Shown here: positions 10,397 through 20,720 of the stretch, in pieces | Layout: each line of letters opens with the position of its first letter | Position numbering within the stretch: position 1 is the first letter of the stretch | Assembly: GCA_965237675.1 (NCBI GenBank) | Contig: OZ250150.1 | Span: forward strand, 4,160,001-4,224,000 | Length of the DNA: 64,000 bases | Direction of reading: 5' to 3' | Origin: Candidatus Latescibacterota bacterium | Lineage (GTDB): Bacteria; Latescibacterota; UBA2968; GCA-2709665 | Position numbers and translations under genes: made by a program | Notes under the pieces: generated by a model | The model's database searches: none | What the model was told of the DNA's origin: nothing | What the model saw: the letters and a program-made list of their open reading frames with translations, nothing else

Positions 10397-10424
10397 TTGA
10401 CATTCGTGTATTAGTAGGTACCAT
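10397..10424 (+). promoter_or_regulatory. Putative sigma70 promoter for the FGGY kinase-oxidoreductase genes
   Basis: TTGACA-N16-TACCAT. Confidence 0.45.
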
Positions 10425-10534
10425 TGCGCCATCTGTCAACGGGTATTTCCACACCTCGACCATCCCCTTATACGCTGCGCGGAATCGGTACCGACCTCGG
10501 CCCGCATCTTCCACTGCAGGCTGCCTTACCTGAA

Positions 10535-12067
10535 ATGATGTCCCCCAGTCCTTTATTGGCCGGCATCGACGTCGGCACCACGAACATCAAGGCGCTCGTC
10601 TTTGATACGGCTGGCCAAGTGAAGGCCGCCGCCAGTGTGCCAACACCCACGCACTATCCTCGCCCCGGCTGGGCATACCACGAACCGGAAGAACTCTGGA
10701 CATACACATTGACCGTGTTGCGCGACGCGGCGTCACAACTGCGTGATACGGAGCAAGTCTCCAGTATAGCCGTTTCGAGTATGGCCGAGTCCGGGGTACC
10801 CCTTGATGCCGGGGGCCGACCCACTGCGGAAATCATCGCCTGGTTCGACGGACGGACCTCACCACAGGCCGCGTGGCTGGAACAGGCCATCGGCCGCGGC
10901 CGCATCTACACGCTGACAGGGTTGCCGCTCAGGCCCATTTTCGGTCTGTGCAAAATGCTCTGGCTGAAAGAAAACGATCCGGAGGCCTTCGCAAGAACCG
11001 TCTCCTGGCTGAACGTTGCCGACTACATCGCGTTTCGACTCTGCGGCGAAAAGGGTACGGATTACTCGCTGGCTTCGCGGACGCTGGCTTTTGACCTGCA
11101 CCGGAGGGACTGGCATACGGGCCTGATCGAGGAGGCAGGTGTTTCACGCGGTCTGTTTGCGCCGGCATTGCCGTCAGGCACGCCCCTCGCACGCATCCTT
11201 CCAGAAGTCGCACGAACAACCGGACTGCCCATCGGCGTGCAGGTCGCTACGGGCGGCCACGACCACGTGTGCGGGGCCCTGGCCGTAGGCGCCACCGAAC
11301 CCGATACCCTGCTCAATTCTCTGGGCACGGCCGAGGCACTCTGCATTGCCGGCCGGCACCCCTGGCTCAGCACCGAAATCGCCGAACAGGGATACACCAC
11401 CGGTGCTCACGTAGCGCCCGATCGCTTCTACGTTCTCGGCGGAATCTACACATCCGGCGCATCCGTCGAGTGGATACGCAATCTTCTTGGCGACAACGTA
11501 GACTACGACACCCTCGTCGCCGAAGCCGAATCGGCCCCGCCGGGAAGCCTGGGCGTCCACTTCCAGCCCCATCTGCGCCTGGGTAATCCGCCGCACGACG
11601 ATCCCGCCTCCCGGGGGGCGTTTATCGGCCTCACCGCCGACGTGACCCGCGGGATCCTGTTTCGGTCAGTGCTGGAGGGGCTGGCCTATGAGTGCCGTCT
11701 CTGCTTCGAAGCCATCACGTCCCACCCGGAAATCGACCGGCCGAAACGCATCGTGGCTATTGGCGGGAACACACGCAACCGACTCCTCATGCAAATAAAG
11801 AGTTCGGTATTCAATCAAAAAATCTCGATAGCGGACGTGGAAGAGTCCGCCGCCCTGGGCGCCGCTGTCCTGGGCGGTCTGGCCGCCGGCGTCTATGCAA
11901 ACATTGAAGCTGCCAGGCACGAATTGTGTTTTGGCAGCCGGACCGTAGATCCGGCCGGCGAGCATGTTGACATTTACGAAACGAACTATCAGACCGTATA
12001 TCGAGAGGTATTTCCGACGCTTCAAACCTTGCACCACAACGTAAGAGCGATTCACAATCCGGGCTGA
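10535..12067 (+). CDS. FGGY-family carbohydrate kinase (xylulokinase/fuculokinase-like)
   Basis: GIDVGTTNIKA, IIAWFDGRT, GGHDH, SLGTAE, RSVLEGLAY, ALGAA. Confidence 0.9.
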   Translation: MMSPSPLLAGIDVGTTNIKALVFDTAGQVKAAASVPTPTHYPRPGWAYHEPEELWTYTLTVLRDAASQLRDTEQVSSIAVSSMAESGVPLDAGGRPTAEIIAWFDGRTSPQAAWLEQAIGRGRIYTLTGLPLRPIFGLCKMLWLKENDPEAFARTVSWLNVADYIAFRLCGEKGTDYSLASRTLAFDLHRRDWHTGLIEEAGVSRGLFAPALPSGTPLARILPEVARTTGLPIGVQVATGGHDHVCGALAVGATEPDTLLNSLGTAEALCIAGRHPWLSTEIAEQGYTTGAHVAPDRFYVLGGIYTSGASVEWIRNLLGDNVDYDTLVAEAESAPPGSLGVHFQPHLRLGNPPHDDPASRGAFIGLTADVTRGILFRSVLEGLAYECRLCFEAITSHPEIDRPKRIVAIGGNTRNRLLMQIKSSVFNQKISIADVEESAALGAAVLGGLAAGVYANIEAARHELCFGSRTVDPAGEHVDIYETNYQTVYREVFPTLQTLHHNVRAIHNPG

Positions 12068-12154
12068 ATGCCCGGGAATCCGCTGCCGGGTCCCGATGTG
12101 TCGCCGCGCCGTTAGCTGGCGACGTTACTGGAAGGTCCTCTCCAGGGAGTCCAT

Positions 12155-13141
12155 ATGCACACGGTCACATTCGGCATTGCGGGCTACGGCGGCATTGCCC
12201 TCTTTCATACGCGCGCGCTGAAGCAGATCGAGGGCGTTCGCCTTCGAACCGTCGCGGGGCGCAGAGCAGAGCCCGCTGAATCATTCATGGCGAAATGGGG
12301 CTTTGAAAAGGCCACCACCCGGTACGAAGACTTACTCACCGATCGAATGATCGACGCCGTCGTTATCGCCTCCCCCAGCGAGATGCACTACGAACAGACA
12401 CGAATGGCTCTGGAAGCCGGTAAAGACGTTCTGGTTGAAATTCCCATGGCGCTCTCCCACAAAGGCGCCGCTGAGATTACCGGCATGGCCAGAAAATGCG
12501 GCCGCAAACTTCTGGTTGCCCATACCCGCCGTTTCAACCGAGTGGGCCGGTTCACGAGGGATTTTATCGGGGCCGGCAAAGGAGGTCAAATACACCAACA
12601 CCAAATGCATGAGTTCCAACTGCGGCACGAAAACGTCGGTTGGACCGGTTATCGGCGGAGTTGGACTGATGATATTCTATTCCACCACGGCTGCCACGTT
12701 CTCGATTTCTCCCTCTGGACCATCGACGAACCCGTCCGCCGCATTCGCGGGGAACTCAGCCCCCTTCATTCTGGAACAGGCACCTCCCTCGACGTGAGCA
12801 TGCTGCTTCGGTACACTTCGGAAACCATCGCCGCTCTCAGTCTTTCATACAATGCTCGAAACGGCGTCAACGCCAACATCTACATATGTGATGCGGGTAC
12901 CCTTATCGTCTCAGCAAACAATGTCACACTTAACGGAAAGACTCTGTTTGAAAGCAACGACACCCTCGCCGACGACGTCCTGGCCCAAAATTCCGAATTC
13001 ATCGATTCGATACGTAAGGACACCCCCCCAAGCTGTAGCGCAGAACATGCCCTGAACGCATTGGATTTGCTCCAGCAGGTATATGACCAGTCCATCACGA
13101 TGGAGAGCGAAGAGAAATACAAACGCATGTGGGAAATCTAA
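12155..13141 (+). CDS. Gfo/Idh/MocA family oxidoreductase
   Basis: GIAGYGGIA Rossmann motif, ALEAGKDVLVEIP, HHGCH. Confidence 0.88.
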   Translation: MHTVTFGIAGYGGIALFHTRALKQIEGVRLRTVAGRRAEPAESFMAKWGFEKATTRYEDLLTDRMIDAVVIASPSEMHYEQTRMALEAGKDVLVEIPMALSHKGAAEITGMARKCGRKLLVAHTRRFNRVGRFTRDFIGAGKGGQIHQHQMHEFQLRHENVGWTGYRRSWTDDILFHHGCHVLDFSLWTIDEPVRRIRGELSPLHSGTGTSLDVSMLLRYTSETIAALSLSYNARNGVNANIYICDAGTLIVSANNVTLNGKTLFESNDTLADDVLAQNSEFIDSIRKDTPPSCSAEHALNALDLLQQVYDQSITMESEEKYKRMWEI

Positions 13142-13497
13142 CCGCCCGACGTTGCATTCCTGGCTTCAGACAGGGACTCTGGCCTGGGCGGTGCGAAGAC
13201 ATCGATCACGAGACTGTCCTCCAGCACCCTCGACCGATGGCGCTCCTCCGGGGCAAAACGGAAAAACGTCCCGGCCTCGAACAGATAACGCCTTTCCCGT
13301 TCCCCCACGAAAAATTCAATACGCCCCCGAATCACGTAACCCATTTGTTCTTCCGGATGCCGGTGTGCGCCGAACTCCGCCCCTGCTTTGACCTCGTACC
13401 GGGTAACCATCAGATTTTCTCCGCTCACCGTCCGACGTACCGCCAGATCCGAAAGCGAGTTCAATGGGATTTCACTATCTTTCACAACCAGAGCCAT
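13138..13497 (-). CDS. Cupin domain protein
   Basis: HRHPEEQMGYVIRG ... H cupin metal motifs; DVFAPPR tail. Confidence 0.85.
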   Translation of the reverse strand: MALVVKDSEIPLNSLSDLAVRRTVSGENLMVTRYEVKAGAEFGAHRHPEEQMGYVIRGRIEFFVGERERRYLFEAGTFFRFAPEERHRSRVLEDSLVIDVFAPPRPESLSEARNATSGG

Positions 13498-13587
13498 TTA
13501 CATAATTCCTTTCTGTAATTAGATTAATGCGTTTCGTCCGACATAGGTGGTTTCTCAGCGAAACACGGAAACCGGCCGCGTTCCTGG

Positions 13588-14136
13588 CTACACCACCATT
13601 TCAATCAACCCCACACTCTTTTTGTCCATTGCGAAAAGGTCAGCCACCTCAAACCGGTTGCCATCCACGTCCAGAATCATCAGACGCCTGTCACCCAACC
13701 ACTGGGCGTTTTCGGCCACGTTTTTAGCGATGAATTCCCTCCTGCCCCGGTCGGTACTCACATCCCAGTAGGAGACACCGTATTCATTGCGAATCGAATG
13801 GACTCGCTCAACTCGGGAAGTCAGGTAGCGGCGCGCAAGTTCCTCCCGAATAATGGCCTGGTTCTTCACAGTCAACAGATGGAGGTCATCCACCATGCAG
13901 ATGACCTCGTCCTTTTCATCCAGAAAACAGATGTACCGGTCCGGTTCGGACAGAGGCGCCGCGCGTACAATCTTGACCTTGAGATACGAGCGATCACCCA
14001 TAATTGTCATCCGCAGACGCCACGCCGGTTTCCTGAACAGCCGGATTTTCTCGGAATTCACGTCGTCCGGATGCGGCACTTCAATGTGCGTGGGTTTCCA
14101 GTCGCCCGGTTCCCCGGGATCCGTGCTCGTGTGCAA
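13588..14136 (-). CDS. DUF1854 family protein
   Basis: VRAAPLSEPDRYI, ELARRY, WDVSTDRG, ILDVDGNRF; paralog of 48070..48576; begins 3 nt after the ABC gene. Confidence 0.85.
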   Translation of the reverse strand: MHTSTDPGEPGDWKPTHIEVPHPDDVNSEKIRLFRKPAWRLRMTIMGDRSYLKVKIVRAAPLSEPDRYICFLDEKDEVICMVDDLHLLTVKNQAIIREELARRYLTSRVERVHSIRNEYGVSYWDVSTDRGRREFIAKNVAENAQWLGDRRLMILDVDGNRFEVADLFAMDKKSVGLIEMVV

Positions 14137-14139
14137 TGC

Positions 14140-16374
14140 TCAATCCCTTCCCGGATCGTCCCTGCCGCCGCCTACGGCCATCACTGCCGTTGTCTCCTGC
14201 TGGCGCTTCACCAGACGATGAAATATACCCTTCCGAGCCATCAATTCCAAGTGGGTCCCCACTTCGGCCACCCTGCCTTCGTCCAGCACCACGAGCCGGT
14301 CCGCGCTACGAAGTGTGGAGAGCCGATGTGCAATCGCAAAGGTCGTCCGTCCCTCGACAAGCCGCGAGATTGCCTTCTGTATCTTCCGCTCCGTCTGCGT
14401 GTCCAACGAAGAGGTCGCCTCATCCAGAATCAGAATTCGAGGATCGTGAAGAATGGCGCGGGCGATTGAAATCCGTTGTCTTTCGCCGCCCGAGAGTTTC
14501 CCTCCCTTCTCCCCCACCTTCATATCGTACCCATCCGGCTTTTGAACGATGAACTCGTGAGCCTCGGCCGCAGCGGCCGCCCGGGCCACTTGGCCGAATG
14601 TCGCATCGGGCTTTCCATAAGCGATATTCTCGGCAATCGTCGCATCAAAAAGAAACGGCTCCTGCTGAACCATGCCGATCTGGGATCTCAGGTCTTCCAG
14701 CCGGATCTCCCGCATCTCCAACCCGTCGATTTCAATACGCCCTCGATCCGGTTCGTAGAACCGGCAGATCAGATTGATCAATGTAGATTTGCCCGAGCCA
14801 GACCTGCCCACGAGACCGATCATCTCCCCGGGCTTCACGTCGAGATCAATGCCCTTCAGCACAGGCTTGCCCCGGTCGTACCCGAAAACCACATTCTGGA
14901 ATGTTATCCGCCCCTCGACCCGCTGCAACCGTACCGCATCAGTCGCCGCGCACGGCTCCGATCTGGAATCCACGACCTCAAAAATCCGCTCGGCACCGGC
15001 AAACGCACGCAACATAATATTGTAGATTTCGCCAAACCAGCGCAAGGGGTGGTACAACATCCAGAGATAGCTGATGAAGGCTACCAGAGCGCCCAACGTC
15101 ATCTCACCGCCCAGAATCTGACGACCGCCAATATACCACACCAGGAATACTCCGCAACTCATCAGAAAATTCGTCACCGTAAAAAACACGAACCAATTCC
15201 GCTCAGCAGCCACACTTACCGCGCGCAGGTCCTCATTCCGTTCATCGAATCGCTCGCTTTCCCGGGACTCCTGCGCAAATGCCTTCACCACCCGGATGCC
15301 GTTAATGGACTCGCTCAAGTGAGACGAAAGCCGGGACCACCTGGCGCCCCACCGGGTCCAGTGGCGCATCATGCGCTTCCAGATACGACTGCCGACCGCG
15401 ACAATCGGGGCAATGGGCAACAAGACAAATAGCGTCAATTCCCAGTTTGTTACCAGCAGAAGACTCAGAATCCCGATAAACAGCAGCAGCTTCGACAGGG
15501 AAAAAGGAAGATCGGACGCCAGAAACCCCTCCAGCCTGTCCGAATCATTCGACATCCTGGAGATAAGACTGCCGATCGTTCGACGATCGTAAAACCCCAG
15601 CGGCAAAAACTGCAGTTTCCTATAAAGATCCGACCGAATTTCCTGCACGCCCCCGTGCCCCAGCCTCTGGACTAACCATTCCGTACTCACCGAAGCCGCC
15701 CACAACAGCAAGCGTACCGCCAGCAGTCCAAGCACCAGCCAGACCAACAGGCTGAAATTGCCACGGGGCGTTAGCACATCGTCGATGATGTGCTGCGTGA
15801 TCTTGGGTGGCGAAAGTTCCAATGCAGCCGTCGCCAGCGTCAGCAGGATCACAGAGACAAGACGCCACCGCTGTGGCGTCAGATATCGCAGAAGACGGAG
15901 AAACGTATGCCATTTCTTAATGCAGGCCGCGCAGATTCCGTTCATCTCCGGCAATAGGCGTCCACACCTGTCACACCGCGCCCGCTCCCCCTGTTCCGGC
16001 AGAGACAGGTCATCGCCCTCTGACAGCTAGCGAATGCCTTCGGCCACCTCGGCGAATTTCGGTATCAATGACTGGGAATACGGCAAATAGAGCGGCCCTT
16101 CTCCCCGCCGGTCCACTACCAGGCAACCACCGCCCACCAATTCTTCGGTCCTCACGCCCGCCACCTCCGCCATCGGCACCACCACCGTCCCGTCCTCGCC
16201 ATCGCCAGGAACCACCACCAGTCGTTTCTCCGTCACCACCAACCATTGCCGGCCGTATTGCCAGTTCGATGACAGGTCCGACGACACCTGTATCAGCGCA
16301 GGCTCATCCTCCGGGCCTTCTCTGCCAAGCTTCTCAGATACGGCTTCTGGCAAGGTTTCATTGAACGCTTCCAT
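14140..16374 (-). pseudogene. ABC half-transporter (TMD+NBD) with N-terminal PH-like domain and CxxC-x10-CxxC ribbon, interrupted by one in-frame TAG at 16027-16029
   Basis: Track ORFs 16027..16374 and 14140..15954 share a frame. The gap reads GIR*LSEGDDLSLPEQGERARCDRCGRLLPEMNGICAAC. Read-through gives 744 aa, collinear with the 742-aa neighbour. Walker A GRSGSGKS, LSGGERQR and ILDEAT intact. Confidence 0.85.
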
Positions 16375-16472
16375 CCGGCACTCCGATACAATCCAGGTAG
16401 ACCCAGGGCACGCGTAGGATCAAGCGGTGAGCGCGCCTTGAACAACGGACAGAATCCTCCCCACGCTCCTTA

Positions 16473-18701
16473 CTACTCCTTCACAGCGATAATCTCCGAC
16501 ACCTCCTGCTGCAACCGCATCAGATTGTAGAATATACCCTTCTTCGAGACCAGTTCCCGATGCGTGCCGACTTCCACAATCCGCCCGCCATCCAGCACCA
16601 CCAGCCGATCTGCATTCCGAAGCGTGGACAGCCGGTGCGCAATCGCAAAGGTCGTCCTGCCGCGCACCAGGCGGGACACCGCTTCCTGAATTTGAACCTC
16701 CGTCTGAACGTCCACGCTGGAGGTCGCCTCATCCAGAATCAATATCCTAGGATCGTGCAAAATCGCTCGGGCAAGGGACACCCGCTGTTTCTCTCCTCCT
16801 GAAAGATTTCCACCTCGCTCTCCCACGTCAGTATCGTATCCATCCGGCTTGGACACGATAAAACGATGGGCATTGGCCGCCTTTCCCGCCTCCATGATCT
16901 CATCAAGACTCGCGTCTGGCTTGCCGTATCCGATATTCTCTGCAATGGTTCCGCTGAACAGAAAGGGCTCCTGCAGGACAATGCCGATCTGGGCTCGCAG
17001 ATCCTCCAGCCGAAGTTTCCGGATATCCACGCCGTCGATCTCGATGGCTCCTCGATCGACGTCGTAAAATCTGCAAATCAGGTTCACAGCGGTGGTTTTG
17101 CCGACACTCGACTTGCCCACAAGTCCGATCATCTCACCCGGTTTGACGTCCAGCTCGATCTCGTGCAGCACGGGTTTGGATCTGTCATATCCAAAGGTCA
17201 CGTCTCTGAACCGCACCCGGCCTACCATCTCAGGAATGGGGGTCGCGCGGGGGTCCTCATAAGCTTCCGGCGGTGTATCGATGACCTCGAAGATGCGCTC
17301 GGCCCCCACGAAGGCACGTGTCATCCAGTTATTGACCATTCCAAACCACTGCAACGGACCGTAAAGCAACCACATATAACTATAAAACGCCATCAGCGCG
17401 CCCAGCGTCAGCTCACCGCCCAGCACCTGCTGACCGCCCAAAAACCAGACAATCAATACGCCCAGACCGGTCAGGAAATTCGTTGTGGCCCAAAAAACCG
17501 CCCAGCTTGTTTCCGCCCGCACCGCCCTCCCTGTGAGTTCCCGGTTGCGCCGCTCAAACACGCCAATCTCGCGCTTCTCCTGTGCAAAGGCCTTCACCAC
17601 CCGAATGCCGGACAAGGCTTCGTTGACACGAGCCATCAATTCCGACCAGCTTTTGGACCACTTGCCAAAAAACTTGCGCATTTGTTTCCAGCAGACAACA
17701 GCTCCCATTACGACCAGCGGCACGGGAATCAGCACATACAGCGTCAACCTCCAGTTCATTACCAGCAACGCTACCACAATGCCCAGAAGCATCAGGCTGT
17801 TGATGACGAGATAAGGCAACCCGTCCACCAGAAAATCCTGCAAACGTCCGCTGTCCCGGGTCACACGAGACATCAGCGCTCCGACCTGGCGCTTATCGTA
17901 AAACTGAAGCGACAGCAATTCCAGGGACAGGTAAAGCTGGCTTCGAATGTCCGCCGTCACTCTCGCGCTCAACCAGGTCACCGTCCACCCGTGCATCCAT
18001 TCCGCCCCCCAGGCGAGTATCCGCACAACCACAAGGGCGAGCACCAGCAGCGCCAACAGGTCCACCCGATCTCCAGCCGGTGAAGGCTCATCGGGCACCA
18101 GCACGTCATCCACGATGAGCCGGGTAATCTGAGGCGGAATCAGCTCTGCTGCCGTTGTCAAAACGGATGCGACCGCGAGCAGAGCCGCGCGGCCCTTGTA
18201 GGGTGACAGATACGTGGCGATTCGAGCCAGTGTATCCATCCGATTCAGGCAGGCAGGACAGATCCCGTTCTTCTCCGGCATCAGGCGGCCGCACGTCTCG
18301 CATCGGGTCCGGTCCAGAGCCATACGCACCATAAACGGCTGCGCGGTCCGGAGTTGCTCGATGCCGCGGGCTACCTCCGAGAATTTCTGCGCCTGCGTTT
18401 GGGAATAGGGGACACACACTGTTGGCCGTGCCTCGCGCTCGATCTCCAGCCGCGCGCCACCCACCAGGGCGTCCGTACCGGCGAGCTTCACATCCTCAAA
18501 CGGAATATTCACCGTGCCTCGAGCGCCTTTCTCCTGCAGCACCAGGATCCGTTTTTCTGTTACGACTACCCATTGAGCGCCAAAATTTCCATCGGCGTCC
18601 AGGTCCGAACACACCTGCATCAACGGGGTTTCGCCCTCGTGCAGCATACCGCGCACACGAGAGGCGATCCCCGTGGGCAGTGTTTCGAGCAATGTGTCCA
18701 T
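16473..18701 (-). CDS. ABC half-transporter (exporter fold) with N-terminal PH-like domain and Cys4 ribbon
   Basis: QWVVVTEKRILV, CETC-x10-CPAC, TM domain, GKSSVGKTT, LSGGEKQR, ILDEAT, IAHRLST. Confidence 0.92.
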   Translation of the reverse strand: MDTLLETLPTGIASRVRGMLHEGETPLMQVCSDLDADGNFGAQWVVVTEKRILVLQEKGARGTVNIPFEDVKLAGTDALVGGARLEIEREARPTVCVPYSQTQAQKFSEVARGIEQLRTAQPFMVRMALDRTRCETCGRLMPEKNGICPACLNRMDTLARIATYLSPYKGRAALLAVASVLTTAAELIPPQITRLIVDDVLVPDEPSPAGDRVDLLALLVLALVVVRILAWGAEWMHGWTVTWLSARVTADIRSQLYLSLELLSLQFYDKRQVGALMSRVTRDSGRLQDFLVDGLPYLVINSLMLLGIVVALLVMNWRLTLYVLIPVPLVVMGAVVCWKQMRKFFGKWSKSWSELMARVNEALSGIRVVKAFAQEKREIGVFERRNRELTGRAVRAETSWAVFWATTNFLTGLGVLIVWFLGGQQVLGGELTLGALMAFYSYMWLLYGPLQWFGMVNNWMTRAFVGAERIFEVIDTPPEAYEDPRATPIPEMVGRVRFRDVTFGYDRSKPVLHEIELDVKPGEMIGLVGKSSVGKTTAVNLICRFYDVDRGAIEIDGVDIRKLRLEDLRAQIGIVLQEPFLFSGTIAENIGYGKPDASLDEIMEAGKAANAHRFIVSKPDGYDTDVGERGGNLSGGEKQRVSLARAILHDPRILILDEATSSVDVQTEVQIQEAVSRLVRGRTTFAIAHRLSTLRNADRLVVLDGGRIVEVGTHRELVSKKGIFYNLMRLQQEVSEIIAVKE

Positions 18702-18910
18702 AAAACTCGATGCCTCAAAACCACGATATCCACGCGGTCAAAATTCCCGTTCCGGCGAGACCGCGACAGTCACCGGCACGGCCTGCAAGAGGCGTCGACC
18801 ATGGCTTCTCCTCTTGCATGGCCGGAGTACTTATCTCCACCTCACCGAGTTCCAGCCTGCGGGACCTGCAGCCCGGTTTTTTACTGGTACGATCCTCCTC
18901 GCAGGACGAT

Positions 18911-19555
18911 TCATTTCACAAGTTCAATTGTGCCCCAAAGGCTCGGATCGTACGAGACCGGAAGCGGCTCGTCCGCAGTCCAGTACTGCCGCCCGAGTTT
19001 CTGATCTTTCAGGACGTAAGTAAATCCCAACCTTCGGATTTCCTCCGGATCGAACCCTGTCAGCTTCTCTGCCGGCAAATGGACTTCCATACCATATCCG
19101 ATCCCGTGGACCCTGCAGGCCGACGGCAATTCCTCAGGTTCGCACAGCTTCGCGTGCGCGCGGGCGTGCCGGATCCGTACCTGCCCACCTCTTGACTTCC
19201 GCTTGTCTTTACCGGGCAGGAAATAGAAGTGGTGGCAGTACCGGCTTGCCCGGTGTGCGTTCCGAACGTCCCGCGTATCCACCCATATCTGCAATCCATC
19301 CCCCTCCAACGGACGCCGCCCGTCCACCCTCGCAGCAGCCGCTTTCCGAAAATTGGCGAAAAAATAAAGACCTCGCTCGTTCCAGGCCGCATATACGTCG
19401 GCAAATGCCACGCGTCCGTCGATTGCCATCAGGTCCGGCACACGGAACTGTTCGCCCCAATTTTGTAGTTCTCCATCCGTCGACGGCGGCTCTTCCCGAT
19501 ATGGGCACGCCCAGGAGAAATTGAAAAAAGCGCGTCTGGGAATCTCCAGATTCAT
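18911..19555 (-). CDS. DOMON/CBM9-like sugar-binding domain protein, no signal peptide
   Basis: DGELQNW, AAWNERGLY, DGLQIWVDTR, YGMEVHLP, LGF, PSLWGTIEL; pattern typical of CBM9-like proteins. Confidence 0.7.
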   Translation of the reverse strand: MNLEIPRRAFFNFSWACPYREEPPSTDGELQNWGEQFRVPDLMAIDGRVAFADVYAAWNERGLYFFANFRKAAAARVDGRRPLEGDGLQIWVDTRDVRNAHRASRYCHHFYFLPGKDKRKSRGGQVRIRHARAHAKLCEPEELPSACRVHGIGYGMEVHLPAEKLTGFDPEEIRRLGFTYVLKDQKLGRQYWTADEPLPVSYDPSLWGTIELVK

Positions 19556-20613
19556 CGACTCGAATCTCCAGGCTGACGAAGCAGATTGCCTTTCCTCGGC
19601 ACAACAACGACGTTCTCCATTACGTTACCATGAATCATAATTGGCCGGTCGGTGCCGGTTCTGTCGTTCACAATAAGGTCGAGGTTCTGGAAGTGATTGC
19701 CGCTGATCGCGATGCCCGCGCCCGTGAGCCAGAGGGGCAGACGCTCCGTGGAGTGAGGTCCCTGAACCACGTTGCCCGTGATGGACGTATTGAAGCCGCG
19801 TACATCCATCGCCAGGCCCAACATCCCACCACGGTCTACCGTTACGATATTGCCGGAAATCACATGACGCTCGGAATCGGCCCAGGATCTGAAAGCGATG
19901 TCCAGATCTCCTCCCTCGCGTACGTGAACCACGTTATTCGCCATAAGGATCGAGTTTCCAGCATCGGAACCCACCGCAACGTGGGTTCGACCCGTTATCT
20001 CCACGTAATTGCCCATCACGAATCCCGGTCCCCCCAGGAGCTCCACCGCATCCGAATTCGCATTTCCAAGACGGTTGTTCGTGACCCGCATATTCGGACC
20101 CTGCAACATAATGCCCAGCCGCTGGGCATTCAGCACCGTGCAATTCTCAACCGTAATATTGTGGGTCGGATTCGGGCAGGAGCCTCCCGGCTCGGCGCAG
20201 AATGCCTTGATGCCGTTGTACTCGAATCGCCCGTGAGAGATATTCAGGAATTCCGCACCGTTGTAAGGATTCTGATCCCGATTCTGATCTACCCAGAGGT
20301 TCCGAATCGTAACATTGCCCACGCCGTTCCCGATAATGCGTATGACGTTTGTATTCTGACCCGGCGCGAGAATCAGCCGCGTTCCCGAGCCCTGTCCAGT
20401 GAGAATCACGTTGCTGCGGTCAATAACGAGCCCCCCGAGCGTGCCCGCCACCTTACGGATGTCGTAGACGCCCTCCGCCAGAGTTACCGTGCCTCCAGAT
20501 GATGGAAGTGCTTGGATTGCTGCGTAAATTTCCTCCTGGTCACCGATTCCGTCGCCGAGGAAATCGGCCGCGGCCCTGGATTTCTCAGATGAATTTCGGG
20601 TTGCGACAATCAT
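19552..20613 (-). CDS. Right-handed parallel beta-helix repeat protein (pectate lyase 3/tailspike-like)
   Basis: N-cap DQEEIYAAIQALPSSGGTVTLAEGVY and repeated IxGN/NN ladders; GGAGG RBS before ATG 20613; 4-nt overlap with the next gene. Confidence 0.8.
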   Translation of the reverse strand: MIVATRNSSEKSRAAADFLGDGIGDQEEIYAAIQALPSSGGTVTLAEGVYDIRKVAGTLGGLVIDRSNVILTGQGSGTRLILAPGQNTNVIRIIGNGVGNVTIRNLWVDQNRDQNPYNGAEFLNISHGRFEYNGIKAFCAEPGGSCPNPTHNITVENCTVLNAQRLGIMLQGPNMRVTNNRLGNANSDAVELLGGPGFVMGNYVEITGRTHVAVGSDAGNSILMANNVVHVREGGDLDIAFRSWADSERHVISGNIVTVDRGGMLGLAMDVRGFNTSITGNVVQGPHSTERLPLWLTGAGIAISGNHFQNLDLIVNDRTGTDRPIMIHGNVMENVVVVPRKGNLLRQPGDSSR

Positions 20614-20720
20614 CGTACCTCCCATATTGTAAACGTGGCACCTCGGTCACGAGGACCGGTATCGGAACATTCCAGCGGGTCCCGTCCGACACGCCATTCC
20701 GGCGGAAACGCCAGGTTGCG

